Source of the DNA: an uncultured Oscillospiraceae bacterium
GTDB lineage: Bacteria > Bacillota > Clostridia > Oscillospirales > Oscillospiraceae
NCBI GenBank assembly: GCA_902475745.1
Contig: CABSAW010000001.1
Location: 1 to 46,857, forward strand
Direction: 5' to 3'
Length of the DNA stretch: 46,857 nucleotides
The notes beneath the pieces are model-generated. The model did not search any database. It saw only the letters and a program-made list of their open reading frames with translations, and had not been told where the DNA came from. Shown piece after piece: positions 1-7,117 of the stretch. The stretch's first letter is position 1; every line of letters begins with the position of its first letter. Position numbers and translations under genes: made by a program.

Positions 1-156
1 CCGGAGTCGAAGTTTATGCCCCCTTGTGGGGTAAATCCGGCCACAAGCTCCAAAAAGGAAAAACCGCCGCAGGGCGGTTTTTCTCTTTTTGTGGGGCTTG
101 TCCGGAGTCGAAGTTTATGCCCCCTTGTGGGGTAAATCCGGCCACAAGCTCCAAAA
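1..156 (+). repeat. Tandem palindromic repeat, 55 nt identical at 1-55 and 102-156 (period 101), ending in a tRNA-3'-like AAATCCGGCCACAAGCTCCA
   Basis: Exact duplication read directly. The full unit 91-152 folds back (GGGGCTTGT/ACAAGCTCC, CCGGA/TCCGG). The first copy is cut by the window edge. Confidence 0.9.
52..90. terminator. Intrinsic terminator-like hairpin between the repeat copies
   Basis: AAAAACCGCC-GCAG-GGCGGTTTTT with flanking A and T tracts. Confidence 0.75.
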
Positions 157-194
157 GGCAGCATTCTCCATAAGGGAGGATGCTGCCTTTTTTT
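153..194 (+). terminator. Intrinsic terminator after the second repeat copy
   Basis: AAAAGGCAGCATTCTCC-ATAAG-GGAGGATGCTGCCTTTTTTT. Confidence 0.8.
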
Positions 195-413
195 GCTGTT
201 CCTGACGCAGGCGGCTGCGCCTGTGAAATATCGTATCTGCGATAAGGCTATGTGGTGATGGCCTTGTAAGACAGCATTCTTTTCAGGGATAGTGCCATAG
301 TAGCGATTTCCCGGCCATATCTTGCCCACTTGGGGAATATCGGCTGCGGAAGAGGGATGGTGGCCGTAGCCTCCGAGACACATAAGGACAATACCGGAAG
401 AAAAAAGGGCGTT

Positions 414-453
414 TTCCGCTGTTGTTGTCTCCCAGAAGGCAACAACAGCGGAA
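414..453. other. Strong inverted repeat upstream of the phage-like cassette
   Basis: Perfect 14-bp arms TTCCGCTGTTGTTG / CAACAACAGCGGAA, extendable by 3 more pairs; no U-tract on the + strand. Confidence 0.7.
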
Positions 454-513
454 GGAAAATCGTGGCATGAGGGGTTTTTTCATTCCCCAAACAATTGACA
501 GGGAGGTATAAGT

Positions 514-1731
514 ATGAGCAGCATTCAAATCAGCGTTCATGCGGCGGATGCCGCGATAACAGAGCCTGCCACGCTGACCAGCGGCATGGTGGGCGCAACG
601 GTAACTTTTTCCTTTTCCGATGAAAGGTGGGACACACTGCGGAAAATTGCGGTTTTTCGCTCCGGAACCGTATGCCGTGATGTAGAGGAATCGGCTTGGC
701 GCGATGGTGCATGTGTCATTCCGTGGGAGTGTCTGACTTTACCCGGCGAACGGCTTCTGGTGGGTGTATATGGACTGGATGAGGCCGGCAACGTGGCAAT
801 CCCTACTGTGTATGCCGATTGCGGATGGATTTGGCCCGGCGCGGATCCCACCGGCGATCCGGCGGCAGATCCGGAAGAACCCTTTTATCAGGCGCTATTG
901 GAAGAGGCGCTGGAAAAAGCCAAGGCTTCCGGAGCGTTTGACGGCCCCACAGGCCCAAAGGGGGAGAGAGGGCCGGCAGGCCCGCAGGGTGCGGCGTTCA
1001 CCTATGGGGATTTTACCGCCGAGCAGCTGGCGGCATTGAAAGGGCCGCAGGGCGATATGGGCCAACAGGGCCCGCAGGGAATTCAGGGGCCAAGAGGCGA
1101 GAAGGGTGAAACCGGCGATGTGGGCCCCACTGGGCCGCGGGGTATACAGGGCCCGCAGGGAGAGACAGGTGCATCAGGCGACAGCTACACGGTGAAAGGC
1201 CTGTACAGTGCGCTTTCGGACTTGCAGGCAGCCCATCCCACCGGCAGTGGCGGGGACGCATGGTTCGTTGGAACGGCAGAGAGCAACACCGTATACCAGT
1301 GGGATGTGGACAAGGCAATGTGGGTCAATGTGGGCGCAATGAAAGGGCCTAAGGGCGACAAGGGGGATACCGGCCCACAGGGCCCCAAGGGCGAAAAAGG
1401 TGAGACGGGAATGGCCGGCCCACAGGGGGAAAGCGGCCCGCAGGGCGTGCAGGGTCTCCAAGGCCCGCAGGGCGACAAGGGGGACACCGGCTCTCAAGGC
1501 CCGCAGGGAGAAACCGGCCCCCAAGGCCCACAGGGCGAGACTGGCCCGCAGGGTCCGCAGGGCAACTCCGGCGCGGCGGGCGCTGCCGGCAAAAGCGCCT
1601 ATCAGGCGGCTAGAGACGGTGGCTATACCGGGACGGAGAGCGCGTTCAATACGGCGCTTTCTCAGGTAAGCAGTAAGATCACCAAGGCCAGCTGGGACAG
1701 CGCCACGGCAACACTGAAATTGCAGGGGTGA
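514..1731 (+). CDS. Collagen-like phage tail fibre protein with BppU-like N-terminal domain
   Basis: GGGAGG RBS; long Gly-X-Y runs; phage-fibre motifs [33 protein letters not shown] and [15 protein letters not shown]. Confidence 0.8.
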   Translation: MSSIQISVHAADAAITEPATLTSGMVGATVTFSFSDERWDTLRKIAVFRSGTVCRDVEESAWRDGACVIPWECLTLPGERLLVGVYGLDEAGNVAIPTVYADCGWIWPGADPTGDPAADPEEPFYQALLEEALEKAKASGAFDGPTGPKGERGPAGPQGAAFTYGDFTAEQLAALKGPQGDMGQQGPQGIQGPRGEKGETGDVGPTGPRGIQGPQGETGASGDSYTVKGLYSALSDLQAAHPTGSGGDAWFVGTAESNTVYQWDVDKAMWVNVGAMKGPKGDKGDTGPQGPKGEKGETGMAGPQGESGPQGVQGLQGPQGDKGDTGSQGPQGETGPQGPQGETGPQGPQGNSGAAGAAGKSAYQAARDGGYTGTESAFNTALSQVSSKITKASWDSATATLKLQG

Positions 1732-1737
1732 TGAGGT

Positions 1738-2559
1738 ATGGCGCTATTCATGAATGACACCAAGGTAAAATCGGTGTACTGGAACGATGTGAAGGCCAAG
1801 AAGGTCTATTTCAACGATGTGCTGGTGCTGTCCGGCGAATTTGCCTTTACCTACACGGGCGCCTATGACGTAGAAGGAGATCTGGGCGGTAACTTCGTGA
1901 TTCGATTCAAAACTTCCGGAACACTCATAATCACTGACGAGGGCAAAGCCTCCAGTCTGGATGTATTTCTGGTAGGCGGCGGTGGCGGAGGTGACCGAGG
2001 AACTACCTCCGGTACTGGCCACAGTTCGGGTGGAGGCGGAGGGGGCTATACCGCAACTCATTCTTCTGTTGCGATAAATACGAGCGTGCCATATCCAATT
2101 ACAGTCGGAGCAGGAGGAGCAGGTGGCAAGCTAGAATATGGCACTGCGACAGATGGAGGGCAAACCACAGCGTTTGGGAAAACAGTTAACGGTGGTAAAA
2201 AAACTTTTCTTAAGTATTCCCCAATTGACGCAGCCGGAGGAGGCGATGGTGGATCTGGTGGTGGAACTGCTTACATCAATAGTAGTTATCAAGCCAGAGA
2301 TGGTGGAATTGACGGGGGAGATGGTGCGGGAAGATACCCCGGAAAGGGCCAAGGAACAACGACAAAAGAATTTGGAACTGGAAAGTTGTATTCTACTGGC
2401 GGTAAAGGCGGTATTCCTACTAAGCATGCTGGCGATTCTGCCGCTGTTAACACAGGAGATGGCGGTGAAGGCGGTGGAAGAACAAATGGCGGCACGGCCG
2501 ACATGGTTCCCGGCGGATCAGGCGGCAGCGGTATTGTATGCATCCGCAACCATCGATAA
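1738..2559 (+). CDS. Glycine-rich domain phage tail fibre / receptor-binding protein
   Basis: FTYTG..FKTSGTL..DVFLVGGGGGG..GGGGGYT..ITVGAGG..GGSGIVCIR pattern typical of phage Gly-rich domains. Confidence 0.75.
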   Translation: MALFMNDTKVKSVYWNDVKAKKVYFNDVLVLSGEFAFTYTGAYDVEGDLGGNFVIRFKTSGTLIITDEGKASSLDVFLVGGGGGGDRGTTSGTGHSSGGGGGGYTATHSSVAINTSVPYPITVGAGGAGGKLEYGTATDGGQTTAFGKTVNGGKKTFLKYSPIDAAGGGDGGSGGGTAYINSSYQARDGGIDGGDGAGRYPGKGQGTTTKEFGTGKLYSTGGKGGIPTKHAGDSAAVNTGDGGEGGGRTNGGTADMVPGGSGGSGIVCIRNHR

Positions 2560-2577
2560 GAAAAGGAGAGATGAATC

Positions 2578-2868
2578 ATGGCATATGCAGTGGAAAACCA
2601 CAATCTGGTATCCAACTACGCACTGGTGGAAAACGGCGTTGTGGTCAATATTATCTGGCTGGCAGCGGAGAATGAGCATGAATTCCCCGGCGCGGTGCGG
2701 CTGGAGGACAGACCGGTAACTATCGGGGATACCTATGATGGAGAGAAATTCTATCGCGATGGCGCACAGGTGCTGACGCCGCTGGAACAGGGCAGCTTGG
2801 AAAATTCGCGGTATCAGGAAGCATTGAAGCTATTGGGTATCGAAACGGAGGAACAACATGCGAACTGA
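2578..2868 (+). CDS. Phage protein, likely tail-fibre assembly partner
   Basis: AAGGAG RBS; NYALVENGVVVNII..IGDTYDGEKFYRDG pattern of genes that follow Gly-rich fibres. Confidence 0.65.
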   Translation: MAYAVENHNLVSNYALVENGVVVNIIWLAAENEHEFPGAVRLEDRPVTIGDTYDGEKFYRDGAQVLTPLEQGSLENSRYQEALKLLGIETEEQHAN

Positions 2869-3304
2869 CATTCTGGAACAGGCCAAGGCGCTTCGCGCCA
2901 GCATGGACGCGGCTGCCGCCGTTCTGACTGATGAGCAGGCGGCAAAAGCGCCGATGATCTATCGCCCGTGGAGCAGCGACAGCGTGGCCTATGCTGCCGG
3001 TGATCGGTGTTTATATGGCGGTGTGCTATATAAGTGCTCGCAGGGGCATACCTCGCAGGGAACGTGGACGCCGGACAAGACCCCAGCACTATGGGCGGTG
3101 ATCGAGGTGGTGCACACAGGCACGCGGGATGACCCCGTCACGGCGGCGCGTGGCATGGAGTACGTCTATGGTCTGTATTACAAAGACCCGGAGGATGGAA
3201 AGCTGTACCGCTGCACCCGAACCGGCGAGACGGAGGGCGGCAAGGTGACGCTGCAATACTTGCCCCATGAGCTGATGGGGCAATACTTCGTGGAGGTCAG
3301 CTGA
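2858..3304 (+). CDS. Phage protein with CBM5/12 (chitin-binding type 3)-like module
   Basis: W..DSVAYAAGDRCLYGGVLYKCSQGHTSQGTWTP..TPALW motif; GGAGG RBS. Confidence 0.75.
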   Translation: MRTDILEQAKALRASMDAAAAVLTDEQAAKAPMIYRPWSSDSVAYAAGDRCLYGGVLYKCSQGHTSQGTWTPDKTPALWAVIEVVHTGTRDDPVTAARGMEYVYGLYYKDPEDGKLYRCTRTGETEGGKVTLQYLPHELMGQYFVEVS

Positions 3305-3558
3305 TGACAGAGGCAATCATTGTGGCTGTGCTGGGTCTTGCCGGGACGCTGGCAGGCAGCTATCTTGCCAATCGGAAGAGCGCCGCGCTGGTGGCGTACC
3401 GCTTGGAACAGCTGGAGAGCAAGGTGGGAAAGCATAATCAGGTGATCGAACGCACCTATATGCTGGAGGAATCTGTTTCTGTGCTGGATGAGCGGATTAA
3501 GGTGGCCAATCACCGTATTACCGATTTGGAGCGGACGCATAAAATGGGACAGGGCTGA
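3304..3558 (+). CDS. Phage lysis-module membrane protein (single TM plus coiled coil, holin-like)
   Basis: N-terminal hydrophobic helix; YRLEQLE.KV.KHN..IERTY.LE..IKVANHRI.DLE pattern. Confidence 0.7.
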   Translation: MTEAIIVAVLGLAGTLAGSYLANRKSAALVAYRLEQLESKVGKHNQVIERTYMLEESVSVLDERIKVANHRITDLERTHKMGQG

Positions 3559-3581
3559 CTGCCCGGAAAGGAGTGCAAACT

Positions 3582-3779
3582 ATGAAGGATTGGAAAAACT
3601 GGATCAAGGCAGCGGGTATCCGCGCCATCAAGACCGTAGCACAGACTGCCGTGGCCACCATTGGCACCACCGCCGTGCTGTCGGAAGTAAACTGGGTCAC
3701 CGTGGCCAGCGCCGCCGTGCTGGCCGGTATCCTGAGCCTGCTGACATCTCTGGCGGGGCTGCCGGAGCTGGAGGAATAA
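3582..3779 (+). CDS. Holin, phage r1t family
   Basis: W.KAAGIRAIKTVAQTAVATIG..VNW..SLLTSLAGLPE; AAGGAG RBS favours ATG 3582. Confidence 0.85.
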   Translation: MKDWKNWIKAAGIRAIKTVAQTAVATIGTTAVLSEVNWVTVASAAVLAGILSLLTSLAGLPELEE

Positions 3780-3782
3780 GCC

Positions 3783-4469
3783 ATGCCAAAGATATTCCTC
3801 AGCCCCGAGGATCGCTCCAGTAACCTCTATGCCAGCGAAGCGCTGTGGAATGGGCGCACCACCAATGAGAAGGAGCAGATGGGCCGCTGCGCCGATTATC
3901 TGGAAATCGCGCTCAAGCGCTGCGGCTTCGAGGTGATCAACGCGCAGTACGGCAACATGTACGACCGTGTCAGCGCGTCCAACAAATGGTCTGCCGATCT
4001 CCACATCGCCCTCCACACCAACGGCTTTAACGGCAAGGTGGCGGGGACGCGGGTACACTGTTACCCCAGCGAAAAAAGCCGCGCCATCGGACGGCTGATT
4101 CAGGACCGCATTGCTCCCATGTCTCCCGGCACATCCGAGCGGCTTATTGAGGATACGCGCCTTTATGAGCTGCGGGCACCCACCATGCCTGCGGTGCTGC
4201 CGGAGTTCGGTTTCCACGATAACCCGGAGGAAGCCCAGTGGCTGATCGACAACATGGAGGCCATCGCGGAGGAAACCTGCAAGGCGGTTTGTGCGTTCTT
4301 CGATGTGCCCTACCTTGCACCGAACCCGACAGAGGAACAGCTTTCTCCGGAAGCAACGCCTCTCTACCGGGTACAGGTAGGAGCCTTTCATGACCGGCAG
4401 CGGGCGATAAGCTATTGCCAGTCGGTACAGGAGGCGGGTTTTAAGGAGGCTTTTGTCATACAGGCATGA
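3783..4469 (+). CDS. N-acetylmuramoyl-L-alanine amidase (Amidase_3) with C-terminal SPOR domain
   Basis: HIALHTN and LPEFGFHDN motifs; C-terminal LYRVQVGAF..GFKEAFV. Confidence 0.85.
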   Translation: MPKIFLSPEDRSSNLYASEALWNGRTTNEKEQMGRCADYLEIALKRCGFEVINAQYGNMYDRVSASNKWSADLHIALHTNGFNGKVAGTRVHCYPSEKSRAIGRLIQDRIAPMSPGTSERLIEDTRLYELRAPTMPAVLPEFGFHDNPEEAQWLIDNMEAIAEETCKAVCAFFDVPYLAPNPTEEQLSPEATPLYRVQVGAFHDRQRAISYCQSVQEAGFKEAFVIQA

Positions 4470-4496
4470 GACATCCTTTGTAAAGGCGGATTTCTG

Positions 4497-4526
4497 GAAA
4501 AGAGCGGCTTTTTAGCCGCTCTTTTC
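4497..4526 (+). terminator. Terminator closing the cassette
   Basis: GAAAAGAGCGGCT-TTTT-AGCCGCTCTTTTC. Confidence 0.8.
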
Positions 4527-4542
4527 TATGAAAAAATAGGTC

Positions 4543-4571
4543 TTGACAATAAGTAAATCATCGTTTACTAT
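4543..4571 (+). promoter_or_regulatory. Sigma-A promoter with overlapping palindromic operator
   Basis: TTGACA-17-TACTAT; AGTAAA-N6-TTTACT palindrome at 4552-4569. Confidence 0.75.
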
Positions 4572-4577
4572 TGAAAC

Positions 4578-5159
4578 ATGAGAAAAATTGACACAGAAAA
4601 ACGGGATAAGGTAACGCAGGCGGTTCTCCAGATCACAATGGAGGAGGGCCTTGCAGATCTGTCCTTCGACAAGCTGGCCAAGCGTGCCGGAATCAGCTCT
4701 GGAACGCCGTATGTCTATTACCGGGATAAGACGGATATGCTCTCTTGTATCTACGGATGGGTATGGCAGACATTGCAGGAGGGGCTTCAGGAAGCCATAG
4801 ACAGCGGGCGGGATACAGGCGAAAAGCTGTTTTCTGGTTTGCTGCATCTGGCGCACATGCTGTTGGCCCATCCGCAGGAGGCGCATTTCATGTTGTCGGT
4901 GCTCAATGCCCCAGAGTTTGTGACGGCTGAGACGATACAGGAGCATCAGCTGCCGCCGCCCGCACTGTTGGCGGTGTATCAGGAGGCTATCTACCGCCGG
5001 CTGATGAAAACCGACAATATTGCCTATATCAATGCCATGCTGTTTGGGCCGCTCTTCCTGATTTTGCAGCAGCATCTTCAAAGCGCGGAACCGGCAGTCA
5101 TGAGCGAGGTGGAAAAAGTGCTGGATCTGGCTGTGTCTGCCGTGCTGAAAATCCGCTGA
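4578..5159 (+). CDS. TetR/AcrR family regulator
   Basis: N-terminal HTH EGLADLSFDKLAKRAGISSGTPYVYYRDK. Confidence 0.9.
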   Translation: MRKIDTEKRDKVTQAVLQITMEEGLADLSFDKLAKRAGISSGTPYVYYRDKTDMLSCIYGWVWQTLQEGLQEAIDSGRDTGEKLFSGLLHLAHMLLAHPQEAHFMLSVLNAPEFVTAETIQEHQLPPPALLAVYQEAIYRRLMKTDNIAYINAMLFGPLFLILQQHLQSAEPAVMSEVEKVLDLAVSAVLKIR

Positions 5160-5207
5160 AGCGGAAAAAATATTGTTAAATGATTATTTTGTAAAGCGTC
5201 GCAGAGG

Positions 5208-5267
5208 ATGAACTGCCCCCGTTTATCAGATGGTTGAGACATTGTCTGATAAACGGGGGCAATTCAT
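5208..5267. terminator. Long hairpin between convergent tetR and spo0A
   Basis: 17-bp perfect core TGCCCCCGTTTATCAGA / TCTGATAAACGGGGGCA. Confidence 0.65.
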
Positions 5268-5297
5268 TTTGTTTCCTGCCTTGTTTCGGTTGTTTCC

Positions 5298-6041
5298 TCA
5301 GCGCATCTGGCGTTTGCTGCGCAGGCGGATACGATCCGCGATCATGGCGATGAACTCGCTGTTGGTGGGCTTTCCCTTGGCGGAATTCACCGTGTAGCCG
5401 AAATAGCTTTGCAGCGTCTCCAGATCGCCCCGGTCCCACGCCACCTCGATGGCGTGGCGGATGGCCCGCTCCACCCGGGAGGGTGTCGTGTTGAACCGTT
5501 TGGCCACCTCAGGGTACAGTACCTTCGTCACCGCGTTGATCACGTCCATATCCTGCACCGTGATGATGATCGCCTCCCGCACATACTGATAGCCTTTGAT
5601 GTGCGCCGGTACGCCTACCTCATGGATGATGGCCGTTACATCCGCCTCCAGCGTCGGCAGTGCCAGCGGCCTGTTTTCCGGGCGCACCGCCTGCCGCACC
5701 CGCTCCAGCAGCGACTCCACGTGCGCCGGCTTGGGGATGAAGTACCACGCGCCAAGACGCATGACCTCCTGCACCATGCTCTGGCTGCAAAAGGCGGACA
5801 GGATGATGGTTTTCACATTTTTCGGCATCCGCTGCAACAGGCTGATACCGTCCAGACCCGGCAGGATCACGTCCGCCACCACTACATCGGGTCTCGTCTG
5901 CTGGATCAGCTCCCACGCCTCGTCACCGTCGCCGGTGTCGCCTACGATCTGGAACTCTCCGGTCTCTTCCAGTGCGTGCCGCAGCAGCAGGCGAAATTCC
6001 TCGCTGCTGTCAGCCAGCAGGATTTTAGGGTTGATTTCCAT
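5298..6041 (-). CDS. spo0A: Sporulation master regulator Spo0A
   Basis: Receiver domain plus [38 protein letters not shown] and KPTNSEFIA. Confidence 0.95.
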   Translation of the reverse strand: MEINPKILLADSSEEFRLLLRHALEETGEFQIVGDTGDGDEAWELIQQTRPDVVVADVILPGLDGISLLQRMPKNVKTIILSAFCSQSMVQEVMRLGAWYFIPKPAHVESLLERVRQAVRPENRPLALPTLEADVTAIIHEVGVPAHIKGYQYVREAIIITVQDMDVINAVTKVLYPEVAKRFNTTPSRVERAIRHAIEVAWDRGDLETLQSYFGYTVNSAKGKPTNSEFIAMIADRIRLRSKRQMR

Positions 6042-6158
6042 GTGCGTCTCTATTCCTCCCTCTTTGTATTCGACGGGCCGCCCTTCGTGATTTTCCTCAC
6101 ATTATCGCCCTGCCGCTTACTAAATTACCAGAATCGGACATCGTTTTCAAGGCGTTTT

Positions 6159-6197
6159 TGTCGATTCACCACAAATACTTCTCGACCTGCTTCGACA
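6159..6197 (-). promoter_or_regulatory. 0A boxes and SigH-like promoter of spo0A
   Basis: Perfect TGTCGAA (minus strand 6191-6197); degenerate boxes at 6181-6187 and 6159-6165; AGGT-N17-GAAT at 6188-6164. Confidence 0.6.
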
Positions 6198-6520
6198 TTT
6201 TTGCATTTTTCTGGCAAAAAATCTTTCCGTCTGCTCTGGCGCGGCAAGAACCGTTTTTAGAGAATACCACCATATCTGCGGCCTGAAAAAAATTACCGGA
6301 CTGTATGTTGCGGAGCGCGGTTACGCGGCTGAGCGTTGATTTCACTACGCTGTCTGGGGTACAGACCGGCACAAAAAAACGAAAAAAATGACCGCAGCGG
6401 CCAATATACCGACTGCCTTGCGGAAGAAAACATGGATTTTTCGGTTGAAGGGCTGGAAATGACAGGCAAGATAGCGTATAATGAATCAACTATACCATCG
6501 AGACGACGAGGTGTGACATT

Positions 6521-7117
6521 ATGGAAGAAATGCGCAGCTTTGGCTATATTTGTCCCAAATGCGGCAAGGCGGTGCTGGGCAGCCGGAGCGTCTTTGCTTT
6601 ACAGGCGGCGGCTGTTCGGATTGCCTGCGAATGCGGCGAAAGCGAACTGGAGATCCAGACGGACGGCACAAAATTCCGCCTGTGGGTACCTTGCGGCCTG
6701 TGCGGCGGCGAGCACCATGCGGAGGTAGACGCCGGGGCGGTTCTGACAGGGCGCGGCGTAGGTCTTGCCTGTCCGGAAACCAGACAGCTGTGCTGCTATG
6801 CCGGCGAGGAGAAGCAGGTGCGCAGCGCTATGGAAGAGCTGGCGATCCGGGCGGAAAAGGAAAAATGCGAGGAAAAGGAAGCCTTTACCGACAACGTCAT
6901 TATGTACGAAGTGCTGTCGGAGCTGAAAGATATTGCCTCACGGGGCGGAATTCGGTGCACCTGCGGCAGCACGGAGTACGGTATTGAGGTACATCGTGAC
7001 GCTGTGGATCTGATTTGCCGCCGCTGCGGCGGCAAGCTGCGGCTCAGCGCCGGAACGGACGAGGATCTTGACCGTTTGTGCTGCCAGATGACATTGACAA
7101 TTCGGAGTACCCAATGA
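6521..7117 (+). CDS. Cys-rich hypothetical protein with multiple putative zinc ribbons
   Basis: CPKC, CEC, CGLC..H, CTC and CRRC motifs; GAGG RBS; TATAAT upstream. Confidence 0.8.
   Translation: MEEMRSFGYICPKCGKAVLGSRSVFALQAAAVRIACECGESELEIQTDGTKFRLWVPCGLCGGEHHAEVDAGAVLTGRGVGLACPETRQLCCYAGEEKQVRSAMEELAIRAEKEKCEEKEAFTDNVIMYEVLSELKDIASRGGIRCTCGSTEYGIEVHRDAVDLICRRCGGKLRLSAGTDEDLDRLCCQMTLTIRSTQ

Larger units (their letters stand above)
514..4469 (+). mobile_element. Phage-derived tail-fibre plus lysis cassette (no integrase or head genes in window)
   Basis: Gene order of collagen fibre, Gly-rich fibre, small chaperone-like gene, CBM protein, two holin-like genes and amidase matches the distal end of Firmicutes siphophages. 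Confidence 0.75.

Noticed and set aside
91..152. Intact tRNA gene
   Set aside because: About 62 nt; folds as a single long hairpin with no D or anticodon arm; only the 3' end is tRNA-like
1..194. CRISPR array
   Set aside because: Only two copies of a 55+ nt unit, the spacers are terminator hairpins, and no cas genes are present
495..510. TTGACA...TATAAG as a sigma-A promoter
   Set aside because: Only 6 nt apart and overlapping the RBS
248..540. Minus-strand ORFs 248-490 and 283-540
   Set aside because: No RBS or recognisable motif; they overlap hairpin and promoter DNA
1738..2559. Diversity-generating retroelement target or shufflon
   Set aside because: No reverse transcriptase, template repeat, invertase or alternative inverted tips seen in the window
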